A DNA stretch of 64,000 bases from Octopus bimaculoides. Lineage: Eukaryota. The stretch lies in contig NC_068981.1 in the NCBI RefSeq assembly GCF_001194135.2, forward strand, positions 129,381,377 to 129,445,376, in the 5' to 3' direction. The position numbers and the translations under genes were made by a program. This document shows, piece by piece, positions 54,352 through 61,542 of the stretch (the first letter of the stretch is position 1; each line of letters starts with the position of its first letter). The notes beneath the pieces are model-generated. The model was not told where the DNA came from, did not search any database, and saw nothing but the letters and a program-made list of their open reading frames with translations.

Positions 54352-55444
54352 AAAAATACCATAAACTTGGGCCAAAAAAAAGGCAAACACTCCGGCAGGA
54401 GATAGNNNNNNNNNNNNNNNNNNNNNNNNNNNNNNNNNNNNNNNNNNNNNNNNNNNNNNNNNNNNNNNNNNNNNNNNNNNNNNNNNNNNNNNNNNNNNNN
54501 NNNNNNNNNNNNNNNNNNNNNNNNNNNNNNNNNNNNNNNNNNNNNNNNNNNNNNNNNNNNNNNNNNNNNNNNNNNNNNNNNNNNNNNNNNNNNNNNNNNN
54601 NNNNNNNNNNNNNNNNNNNNNNNNNNNNNNNNNNNNNNNNNNNNNNNNNNNNNNNNNNNNNNNNNNNNNNNNNNNNNNNNNNNNNNNNNNNNNNNNNNNN
54701 NNNNNNNNNNNNNNNNNNNNNNNNNNNNNNNNNNNNNNNNNNNNNNNNNNNNNNNNNNNNNNNNNNNNNNNNNNNNNNNNNNNNNNNNNNNNNNNNNNNN
54801 NNNNNNNNNNNNNNNNNNNNNNNNNNNNNNNNNNNNNNNNNNNATAATATGACTACCACTAGAAATTTCCATATATTCTAAAGATATTTGAAATTTTCTT
54901 TAATAACCCAAATAATAAACTCAACACATTGTGTCGACAAAAGTTGCGAATTGGTTGGTATATCACTAGCCATGTTGTCATAATGCAAAATAGCAATTGT
55001 CAAACGGAAGAAAAAATCCTGTTCCACTGACTATTATATTTTGCTGAATTTTACAAAATATTACGAATAGGAAAAGTACTATCGTTTGTCTGATGCAATA
55101 ACAGCAGATAGTGCAAGATATAAAATGTATGCAATGTGTAAATAAAGAATTTCAGATGCGTATTTTATAAAATGTGCTAAGTACGTGCCGAAGAGGAAAA
55201 AATCTCTCAAAACATTAGATGAAACCATTGAAATAACGACCTTTCAAAGGATGATATACTCACCTTGACTGTGGCTCTCTACTGCCGCTACATGGGTGTA
55301 ATAGTGTTGAAAATAATGGAAAAGAAAGATTAAGTGAAACAAGTCCAAAGCCATCTTGTCTTTGTTGCGCTGTGGTCGCTGTTGTGTGCTGCTTTCAGTC
55401 CCCGCCACCACCACCACTACTTCCCGACTTGACGCTGCCGCCAT
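2127..55444 (-). CDS. TMEM131: Transmembrane protein 131 (multi-exon gene, 3'-partial; 34 coding exons in window)
   Basis: Spliced peptide contains motifs I recognise from TMEM131 ([68 protein letters not shown] + TM helix, [11 protein letters not shown]). All 34 exons have AG/GT boundaries and matching phases; total 5171 nt, ending in phase 2 with no stop. Confidence 0.95.
2418..2998. mobile_element. Non-autonomous DNA transposon, 37-bp TIRs starting GG, 8-bp TSD (Merlin-like)
   Basis: TIR GGATCTTTTTTAAAACGGGGGCCACATTTTTCATTAA (1 mismatch between ends); TSD TTGAAGAC at 2410-2417 and 2999-3006. Confidence 0.8.
3204..3560 (-). CDS. TMEM131: TMEM131 exon 33
   Basis: (G)[14 protein letters not shown]...[19 protein letters not shown]...FADHGLS; TAG acceptor. 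The GTATTA donor (exon ends 3204) was chosen because it puts exon 34 in a Ser/Pro/Thr-rich frame. Confidence 0.78.
3675..3761 (-). CDS. TMEM131: TMEM131 exon 32
   Basis: (D)[28 protein letters not shown]; CAG/GTAAGA; phase 1 to 1. Confidence 0.85.
3978..4120 (-). CDS. TMEM131: TMEM131 exon 31
   Basis: [19 protein letters not shown]...GYTTSSE; CAG/GTATGC; phase 2 to 1. Confidence 0.87.
4860..5074 (-). CDS. TMEM131: TMEM131 exon 30
   Basis: NCSREASNN...[31 protein letters not shown](N); TAG/GTAAGA; phase 0 to 2. Confidence 0.85.
5555..5718 (-). CDS. TMEM131: TMEM131 exon 29
   Basis: (V)[12 protein letters not shown]...[21 protein letters not shown]; CAG/GTTTTG; phase 1 to 0. Confidence 0.85.
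5953..6080 (-). mobile_element. Abundant Octopus-type SINE, 3' part with (GAT)n tail
   Basis: Reverse complement of the 28200-28348 and 51225-51432 copies; CCATGCTAGCATGG palindrome and (CAT)n. Confidence 0.8.
6530..7458 (-). CDS. TMEM131: TMEM131 exon 28 (929 nt; transmembrane helix and start of cytosolic tail)
   Basis: [12 protein letters not shown]...[33 protein letters not shown]...KAE; CAG/GTAAAG; phase 2 to 1; overlaps ORF 6456..7439. Confidence 0.93.
7545..7740 (-). CDS. TMEM131: TMEM131 exon 27
   Basis: ...[56 protein letters not shown](A); TAG/GTAAGT; phase 1 to 2. Confidence 0.95.
8247..8386 (-). CDS. TMEM131: TMEM131 exon 26
   Basis: [46 protein letters not shown]; CAG/GTAAGT; phase 2 to 1. 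Confidence 0.95.
8908..9074 (-). CDS. TMEM131: TMEM131 exon 25
   Basis: [21 protein letters not shown]...[20 protein letters not shown](R); CAG/GTTTGT; phase 0 to 2. Confidence 0.9.
9242..9326 (-). CDS. TMEM131: TMEM131 exon 24
   Basis: (R)[28 protein letters not shown]; CAG/GTTTGT; phase 2 to 0. Confidence 0.8.
10053..10915. mobile_element. Fold-back Tc1/mariner-superfamily derivative (about 360-bp inverted arms containing the transposase 3' end)
   Basis: TA-flanked ends CAG(G)TGTCCCAAAAGT; ORF 10462..10773 has [19 protein letters not shown]; 10053-10416 is the reverse complement of about 10560-10915. Confidence 0.85.
11212..11321 (-). CDS. TMEM131: TMEM131 exon 23
   Basis: [36 protein letters not shown](R); TAG/GTATGT; phase 0 to 2. 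Confidence 0.93.
11556..11691 (-). CDS. TMEM131: TMEM131 exon 22
   Basis: [45 protein letters not shown]; TAG/GTAAGT; phase 2 to 0. Confidence 0.92.
11791..11908 (-). CDS. TMEM131: TMEM131 exon 21
   Basis: (A)[38 protein letters not shown](T); TAG/GTAAGT; phase 1 to 2. Confidence 0.9.
13933..14008 (-). CDS. TMEM131: TMEM131 exon 20
   Basis: [25 protein letters not shown]; CAG/GTATTT; phase 0 to 1. Confidence 0.93.
14246..17181 (+). mobile_element. Buster/Charlie-type hAT transposon, near full length, transposase disrupted
   Basis: 8-bp TSD CCCTAAAG (central TA) at 14238-14245 and 17182-17189; TIRs CATAGTGTCCCAAAG / CAGTGTTTCCCAAAC; ORF pieces with [46 protein letters not shown]. Confidence 0.88.
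17348..17500 (-). CDS. TMEM131: TMEM131 exon 19
   Basis: [51 protein letters not shown]; TAG/GTATGT. Confidence 0.92.
17760..18170 (+). mobile_element. RTE-like LINE 3' fragment
   Basis: Degenerate RT C-terminal motifs ([10 protein letters not shown]...[12 protein letters not shown]). Confidence 0.6.
18221..18635 (+). mobile_element. (GAT)n-tailed SINE interrupted by a 178-bp transposase fragment
   Basis: SINE sequence GGTTGGCAT...AGGAATGGCATC is split by 18327-18504. Confidence 0.7.
18939..19025 (-). CDS. TMEM131: TMEM131 exon 18
   Basis: [29 protein letters not shown]; TAG/GTAAGT. Confidence 0.92.
19802..19906 (-). CDS. TMEM131: TMEM131 exon 17
   Basis: [35 protein letters not shown]; TAG/GTATGC. 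Confidence 0.9.
21140..21262 (-). CDS. TMEM131: TMEM131 exon 16
   Basis: [41 protein letters not shown]; CAG/GTGAGT. Confidence 0.9.
21595..21705 (-). CDS. TMEM131: TMEM131 exon 15
   Basis: [37 protein letters not shown]; TAG/GTAAGT. Confidence 0.93.
21825..21995 (-). CDS. TMEM131: TMEM131 exon 14
   Basis: [14 protein letters not shown]...[18 protein letters not shown]; CAG/GTAAGC. Confidence 0.93.
23529..23679 (-). CDS. TMEM131: TMEM131 exon 13
   Basis: [50 protein letters not shown]; CAG/GTGAGT; phase 2 to 0. Confidence 0.93.
23787..23892 (-). CDS. TMEM131: TMEM131 exon 12
   Basis: (A)[34 protein letters not shown](G); CAG/GTATGT; phase 1 to 2. Confidence 0.93.
25359..25467 (-). CDS. 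TMEM131: TMEM131 exon 11
   Basis: [36 protein letters not shown]; CAG/GTATTA; phase 0 to 1. Confidence 0.92.
27131..27249 (-). CDS. TMEM131: TMEM131 exon 10
   Basis: (A)[39 protein letters not shown]; CAG/GTGAGT; phase 1 to 0. Confidence 0.95.
28200..28348 (+). mobile_element. (GAT)n-tailed SINE, young copy (others at about 19112-19333, 24255-24420 rev, 44815-44985, 50350-50628, 51225-51432)
   Basis: Near-identical to the 50490-50628 and 51280-51432 copies. Confidence 0.8.
30010..30160 (-). CDS. TMEM131: TMEM131 exon 9
   Basis: [15 protein letters not shown]...[11 protein letters not shown]...[10 protein letters not shown]; TAG/GTAGGC; phase 0 to 1. Confidence 0.95.
30590..32190 (+). mobile_element. 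Degraded RTE-like LINE RT fragment
   Basis: AFVDLEKA motif at about 31452-31475 and [13 protein letters not shown] in ORF 32036..32263; many stops. Confidence 0.6.
32814..32894 (-). CDS. TMEM131: TMEM131 exon 8
   Basis: [27 protein letters not shown]; TAG/GTAAGG. Confidence 0.95.
34320..34442 (-). CDS. TMEM131: TMEM131 exon 7
   Basis: [41 protein letters not shown]; CAG/GTAGTT. Confidence 0.95.
35520..35945 (-). mobile_element. CR1/L2-group LINE 3' end fragment
   Basis: ORF 35542..35946: [29 protein letters not shown]...TFKRSLDDY...QIPDKP. Confidence 0.65.
35949..36687. mobile_element. Non-autonomous element with ACCTCCGCCAAG / (CTTGG)CGGAGGT ends (possibly Helentron-associated), carrying a nested SINE
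   Basis: End motif AAAACATAACCTCC...CGGAGGT; a related end occurs at about 34993-35016. Confidence 0.45.
36186..36558 (+). mobile_element. tRNA-derived SINE with CORE-like segment (OR2/OK-like); partial copies at 1770-1875 rev, 25635-25800, 44130-44330 rev, 56401-56560
   Basis: A/B-box-like TGGTAAG...GGTTCAGTCCC, CCTTGGGCAAGT segment, internal microsatellite, 3' tail. Confidence 0.75.
37394..37919. other. Assembly gaps 37394-37607 and 37820-37919 (other gaps: 25856-25919, 33252-33261, 54406-54843)
   Basis: Runs of N. Confidence 0.99.
37773..37817 (-). ncRNA. Type I hammerhead ribozyme in TMEM131 intron 6 (sense orientation)
   Basis: Minus strand: stem I CGTACG/CGTGCG, core CTGAGGA, stem II (C.A) GGGT-AAAT-ACCC, GAAA, stem III AC-TCGA-GT, triplet GTC. 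Confidence 0.8.
39321..39434 (-). CDS. TMEM131: TMEM131 exon 6
   Basis: [38 protein letters not shown]; CAG/GTTAGT; phase 0 to 0. Confidence 0.95.
39952..40075 (-). CDS. TMEM131: TMEM131 exon 5
   Basis: [14 protein letters not shown]...[11 protein letters not shown]; TAG/GTAAGA; phase 2 to 0. Confidence 0.93.
41513..41581 (-). CDS. TMEM131: TMEM131 exon 4
   Basis: [22 protein letters not shown](H); CAG/GTGAGT; phase 2 to 2. Confidence 0.9.
41670..41701 (-). CDS. TMEM131: TMEM131 exon 3 (32 nt)
   Basis: tctatttcag acceptor, [10 protein letters not shown](N), donor GTAAGT; phase 0 to 2 links exons 2 and 4; no sequence similarity recognised. Confidence 0.7.
42644..43055. mobile_element. pogo/Tigger-like MITE
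   Basis: TIR C(C/T)(A/G)TAAATCCTCGAGTATA(A/G)TCC at both ends, TA on the left flank, subterminal GTATTATAC repeats. Confidence 0.75.
47990..49060 (+). mobile_element. Degraded RTE-like LINE fragment
   Basis: FIDLEKTFDRV motif at about 48487 and [12 protein letters not shown]-like motif at about 48840. Confidence 0.6.
53476..53540 (-). CDS. TMEM131: TMEM131 exon 2
   Basis: ttctccacag acceptor, (A)[21 protein letters not shown], donor GTAAGT; phase 1 to 0; AFIQ resembles the AFVQ start of the mature protein. Confidence 0.85.
55264..55444 (-). CDS. TMEM131: TMEM131 exon 1 (start codon, signal-peptide-like region)
   Basis: [13 protein letters not shown]...[30 protein letters not shown]; donor GTGAGT, phase 1. 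A second in-frame ATG (MALDL) is present. Confidence 0.85.
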
Positions 55445-56655
55445 ACTTGTTTCTTTGCCACGGTCGCAAGCTGGACATTGTAATAATTCGAAACTATCCC
55501 AAGAAATATGTGATTTTCACAAAAAGTAATTTTTTTACAAAAATAGACAAAACAAATAAAGTTTTATTTTATCTTTCGAAATTGGCTTTCTTTTCTATTT
55601 ATAAGTTCGAAACATAAGTCGTTCTTTAGCTCAACATAACTACGGACTAGGCCAGTAGCAATAGAATTAACTCTAAGGATTCATAAATCGTTTTCTCTGT
55701 ATACTTTACTAACGTGAAAACAAAATTCGAAGTTAATACTGACTGTTTTTTCTCTCTTTTGTTCTAACTTTTAAACGATACCACGTTCACATTACTTACA
55801 AATAAAAATTGCATGTTTAATAATCAGAACGAGTCTATTGTTAATGTAGGTAAAGTGGGAGTTCATAACCCATCCACCCCCTACTGTTTGGGCTTGTTCC
55901 ATTAGTCCCCAACTGTAAACATATGTAATTAGATTTAGTTACACATGTTCACAGCTAGCACTCGACGCCATTGACAGCTATAGCGCAGTATCACGGCAGC
56001 CAATTATACATAAATTCTTACTAATGATTACAGTGTATTTTCTTTTAACTACCAGCCTAAAAAATATACATGTTGGAAAATATTTTCACCGCTGAAACAC
56101 TAAATCTGTTGTTTCAATTTCTTATTAAAATTATCCGGTTTTTCTGCCTGTAGCATAGATTCAGAAATTTGTAGTGCTTAAAAGTAATTATAAATTTATT
56201 TTATATTAAAATTTTCTCATTTCATTTTGAGGACTTGAACACAATGTTATACATATTGCCGTGTCACGGGAAAGTGAAACTGAAATTAAGCATTAACCTT
56301 TCTAACTTCAAACATTCCACAAGACCAATAAACATATGGTGCTTATTACATCTGTTTGTATGTGTTACGCACACACGCACACAAAAAATGTACATATATA
56401 GGCCGTGTGGTAAATGGCTTGCTTACCAACCACATGGTTCTGGGTTCAATCCCACTGCATAGCACCTTGGACAAGTGTCTTCTACTATAGCCTCGGGCCG
56501 ACCAAAGCCGCCTTGTGAGTGGATTTGGTAGACGGAAACTGAAAGAAGCCCGACGTGTATATATATATAGGGAGACTTCACAAAAAAACAACAGACGAAG
56601 ACAGGTGGTGTAGAAAACAAACAGATGTATTAGTATAACGCTCGGGAATTGAAAG

Positions 56656-56693
56656 TCTTTAACGTTTCGAGCCTACACTCTTCCACAGAAAGA
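56656..56693 (-). ncRNA. Degenerate minimal hammerhead motif (Penelope-like tail)
   Basis: TCTTT-CTGTGGA-A-GAG(TGTAGG)CTC-GAAAC-GTT-AAAGA; A6>U in core. Confidence 0.55.
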
Positions 56694-56762
56694 AACAAGG
56701 AGAGAGAAAAAAAAGGATATATATATATATAATCAAAATAAGCAGCAGGATATCAAGAGGTG

Positions 56763-56850
56763 ATGCAGTACAACCGTTTCAAGCGACTCCATTTAATTGA
56801 ACAATGCAATCATTACATCAATTTAAATGCAGGGCTATCCTCAGCTGCAT
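56763..56850 (-). ncRNA. Type I hammerhead ribozyme with long stem II (left arm of inverted repeat)
   Basis: Minus strand: ATGCAG-CTGAGGA-[about 55-nt irregular stem II]-GAAAC-GGTT-GTA-CTGCAT; core and GUA triplet intact; U.U at base of stem II. Confidence 0.75.
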
Positions 56851-57688
56851 AAATAAATAGAATTTTCAATCAGTTGGACGCAATATAATTTTACTCAAAT
56901 TCTCTAATAGAGCAAGAAGAGGGAAAAAGTCCATGTTGCTACAATATAGCTCAAAATATACTGCACTTCTAAGAACTGTATGAAGTTTGTTAGGGTCATA
57001 GCTTGTAAAGGATTGTGGTTCATTTTTAATTTATTAGTCTTTTTTTATCAACTACCAAATCTAAGGCTAGAGGACAGTATCTGTTTAGAGCGGATAGACA
57101 GAGTTAGTTGACAGTTCATAGTTGGATATGGTCATAAATATTGTCAGGATTTTAGGAAATGTGGAAGTAATTGTCTATAAAGGAGGCTGGGTAGGGGAAG
57201 ACCCTAAATCAAGATTTTAATTACCAGTTAAAGGGGCAAGACACTAATAAAACCTATGATGTTAATACAGAGGAAATTATCATGGGGTACAATGGATAAT
57301 TGTATATAAACAATATTGTTATGTTGTATGAAGATAAAATTTAAGATTACTAAAAATGATATTGTAACCAGAATAGATAAACTGTGTATATATACCAATT
57401 GTCAACATTAGAAAGGGAAGATTACATAGGATTAGTTTAATATTCATTCTTGTACTTAATTATTTACTTATGAGGTGGTTTCTATAAAGATCACTCTGGG
57501 TATTTACTTATGGAATACATGGGCGATAAATCATGCTATCTTTATATTAATTGTAATCTAAGAATCAGAAAAATAAGTTGTGCACAGATACATATATTTA
57601 ACTATGTTGATTATAACATACCCATAATAAAATACAAATATTTATGTATATTTGCATGTGTCCAACTGATTAAAAATTCTATTTATTT

Positions 57689-57776
57689 ATGCAGCTGATG
57701 ATAACCATGCATTTAAATTGATGTAATGATTGCATTGTTCAATTAAATGGAACCGCTTGAAACGGTTATACTGCAT
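57689..57776 (+). ncRNA. Type I hammerhead ribozyme motif (right arm), 16.2 G>A
   Basis: ATGCAG-CTGATGA-[stem II]-GAAAC-GGTT-ATA-CTGCAT; the C15.2-G16.2 pair is broken. Confidence 0.65.
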
Positions 57777-57914
57777 CACCTCTTGATATCCTGTTGCTTA
57801 TTTTGATTTTATTCACCTTACTTTGAGTTGTATGGATAATACTGCACTAACTTGGTGCTTCTACTTAAGTACCTAATTCAATTCAATATCAAGCGCCGTC
57901 TTATATATATATAA

Positions 57915-58194
57915 GAGCACCATCTTTAGTTGAACGAATCGACCCCAGGACTTATTCTTTGTAAGTCTAGTACTTATTCTATCAGTCTCTTTGCTGAACC
58001 ATTAAGCTACAGGGATGTAAATATATATATATATATATGTTTGTATGTCTGTGTTTGTCCCCTCACCCTCGCTTGACAACCGGTGTGTTTATATCCCCGT
58101 AGCTTAATGGTTCAGCAAAGAGACTGATAGAATAAGTACTAGACTTACAAAGAATAAGTCCTGGGGTCGATTCGTTCAACTAAAGACGGTGCTC
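57915..58194. repeat. 107-bp inverted duplication of a SINE tail with a 66-nt loop
   Basis: 57915-58021 is the reverse complement of 58088-58194 with 3 mismatches. Confidence 0.9.
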
Positions 58195-58659
58195 CAGCAA
58201 GGCCGCAGTCAAATGATTAAACAAATAAAAGACTATATATGTGTGTGTGTATAATGTGTTGTCTAAAAATCCATGAGTCAGGAAAAACTGTGTATGTTGT
58301 CATTAATAAAATACAGTATTATTGTCTCATAATAGGCAAATTACCAACTGGTAATGCTTAGAAATTCCCCTCAACTAAGGGTGATACTTTGACATATTGA
58401 GAGAAGCAAAAGGCCATTCACTTGATAGGCTTAGAATGGCTCTAACCTATGTCCTTAATTCTCTGGGGTTTATAGTCACAATAGAAATCAACTTGAAAAT
58501 TGGTTATTTCTTGAGTGGAACATTAAACAGAAACACTTGTACCTATAAACCTTTTTAGAATCTGAAAGACTGGCTGATACAATTTTCAGGTACTTGGTTG
58601 CCAGGGTTAGCTGAAGAATCTACAGCTATCTTCAAAAGAGATTTTTGACACCACAGTCA

Positions 58660-59170
58660 CATACTACAATGAGCTTATTGTTGCCAGTGGTTTCAAGGGA
58701 AGGATTAGTTACATACTTGACCCTAGCACCATTAAGAGAAAGTGCCACTATAAATAATATAGTAACTAGAATAAGAACTAATCAAGGAAACTTCAGGGAG
58801 CTATTACCACTGCTGGTAACACGAGCCTCCTTTCTCGGAGTGAAGGGTAGATTGTATAATGTTCGTGTTCAGACTACAATGCTGCACGATAGCGAGTTGT
58901 GGGGTTTAAATGCAGAAGGCTTGCAAAAGCTAGAAAGAAATGAAATAAACTTTCTCTGGGTGGGTAAGTAATATCAATGTACATGGAAGTCAGAGCACAA
59001 ATGAAATGAGAGAAAAACTGGGTGAAGGAAATTCAAATATAGTGTAGTGTGCAAGAGAGAAGGCTGCATTGTAGTTGGTATGCAATATGTATGGAAGATG
59101 ATTCCTGCTTAAAGCAAGTTTCATGTGCTCCAAATTAGTGGAAGCCATGGATTTTGGAGTTGGTAGAATT
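58660..59170 (+). mobile_element. RTE-like LINE 3' fragment
   Basis: ORF 58645..58971: LGVKGRLYNVRVQTTMLHDSELW...LERNE. Confidence 0.65.
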
Positions 59171-59254
59171 TTTGAAACAATGCTAATATGCTGGGGAGTA
59201 CATACACACACACATACATTATATCCAAATATATATGTGGATATATTATTATTT

Positions 59255-59297
<43 letters not shown>

Positions 59298-61542
59298 CAT
59301 ATATGTATCCAAATAATAATAAGAAAACAATGAAAATTCTTTAACACATCTTTAATGATTCAATACAATTATTTCTGTACCAACTCTACTGACAACACCA
59401 ATTTACGCAAAAATTTGAAGTGAAAATTTACATAATGTTTTTAGTTTTAGACATAGAGAGGTACTTCATCAGGCTAGTATTCTTGATTTATGTAGTTGAA
59501 ACACCCATGACAAGACAGTTTTACAGGATATTTTTCTGTTTTTGGTTAGGAGAAAGTGGCTGGGCTCAGAGCCTTTGCAGTCCCTTGAGATTGATGAAAT
59601 CAATGCCATTAATGTTCTACTTACACTATTGCAAGTCCACGACTGCAAGAAAGATGTGAAAGGTGGGATTCTAGGAGGCCAATGTTTTGGAAAGAAAGAG
59701 CTGGGATTGTGGTTAATGCAAGCCTGGAAAACTAGATGTAACATAGGTGATGAGCGGAGGAGAGGAGTACATGTTTGAGTAGAGGTAACATGACACTAGT
59801 CAGCTCTCGGAAACACAGAAAAGGCAGGAAGTTAGTATATCTGTGGAACAGCAGTTGAAGTGTGCTTGCAAGTAACTTCATGTCAAACAACAGAGGAACC
59901 TTTCTCTGGATTTGGTCTATGATGTCTGTGTGTGTATAGCAGTAGCACTATTCTAGATGTAGAAGTAATATTTTACTGTGGGTTCACTTTGGCTTTGTAG
60001 AGGATTAGTAGTTGGTGGAGGCTGAAAAATATTATGTTAATTTTTTTTAAATGTCCCTAACTGCAAAAAAGAGGAGTTTGAATTTTTCCAGGTGAAGTTT
60101 AGAAGTATCATCTAAAGAAGTTGTTTAATAAACCTATGATCAAAAGTAATTCTAGTTATGACCATCTTGTCTTTTATTCATGCAGTATATCTCACAGTAC
60201 ATTATCCAATGTATCCTGCTATTTTAAGAAGGCAGGGTGTGATTTGAGGTAGATTTGGTTGTTATTTCTAACAGTTCATTTTAACATATAAAAGAAGTTT
60301 TTTTCTTTCCCTTCTATGTATAAGTGTTCATACATATTTATTTTATGTGTAATCTTTCATTTTGTGAATACACTTGCTAATTCGAGCAGGATAGTTTTCT
60401 TTTGATAATTTAATTATTTGCATGTTGTTGAAGTCATTGCTTTCATTGCTGGTTGTGTTCCCTACTGCAAACTAAACAGTAGAAATTTGTTTGTCACCCA
60501 GGTAGTAGACTGAGGCTAATCTTCTGCAATAATTTTGCTAAGATCTAAAACAAGAATGAAGAAATTATGTTTAGCCTTTAGCACTCTGTATTTTCTCTAG
60601 AAATGTTTCCCCTGCCACTGCCCTGTTACTACAGGGTAGAAAACTCATATGGTGTCATAATGCACCTACAATGTGATAAAAGTTAAGTGTCAGTTGTAGA
60701 AATTGTGAACATTAGAAGAAAAAATATTTAACTGGGGTATTTTCATAGCGCTTTTTTTTTTGCTTTTCTTTTTCCTTTTATAATTTTCCCTTGCACTTGT
60801 AGTTTGAGGATTCAAGACACATGACAGGGAATCTTCAAACATATATCATGCTATTGACATTTGGTCAGCTTCTGTCTCTCATCAACCCTCTATTAAGTAA
60901 CTTGAGTTGGATTAGAACTCAATATGTTTTTGTTCTAACAGTTTTATCAATAACATCTTGCTAGCATTCAAAATATACTGAAGTTGTGCCACTTCCTGAA
61001 ACTTAGAAAGTATTTCATCTTGATCTCTGAGCTCTCTGCCTTTTATTTTCATTCTCACATAGAATACAATCAACAATATTCACTTGTGTTGCACGGTCTT
61101 GTCTATTTGTTGATTTTATTACCTCTTACTCAAAGCAATTTTTGAAATATACTTCAATCTTCAATCAAGTTACATCTCTTCACATTTAATGGTAGACTCA
61201 TATATCTATTACCTAGTTTAACACCATCAACTGCCTTTAGCAATGTTTACTCCATTGCAGGCATTTGAACTAGGTCTCTACTCTGAGGACAGCTCACTAT
61301 TCAAATGTATTGTTTTCTACCATAGTAACTCACAAGCCATGTCATTTCTTCCTTTCTTAATTCCATGTACATTGGGGGCCCTGCAATAGGTAATAGTTGC
61401 CTACTTCTTCCTATGACTAAATCATAATATATATCTCTCTCTCTCACTCACTCACAGAGAGAGAGAGAGAGTGTAGATTCTAGCTAACTGGGTCATTTGT
61501 TAATTGGGACAGCAGTTTATTTGGGACAAATCTTAGAAAGTG

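Larger units (their letters stand above)
56731..57808. mobile_element. Probable Penelope-like element remnant with inverted 149-bp terminal arms, each carrying a hammerhead
   Basis: 56731-56879 vs 57660-57808 differ at 8/149 positions; internal VYIYQLSTLEREDYIG (57384-57431) resembles a GIY-YIG motif. Confidence 0.6.

Noticed and set aside
55437-55449. YY1-like GCCGCCATACTTG over the start codon
   Set aside because: Imperfect match and explained by the ATG-GCG-GCA codons.
55500-61500. A divergently transcribed plus-strand gene
   Set aside because: No convincing exons or recognisable peptides; the ORFs map to LINE/SINE fragments.
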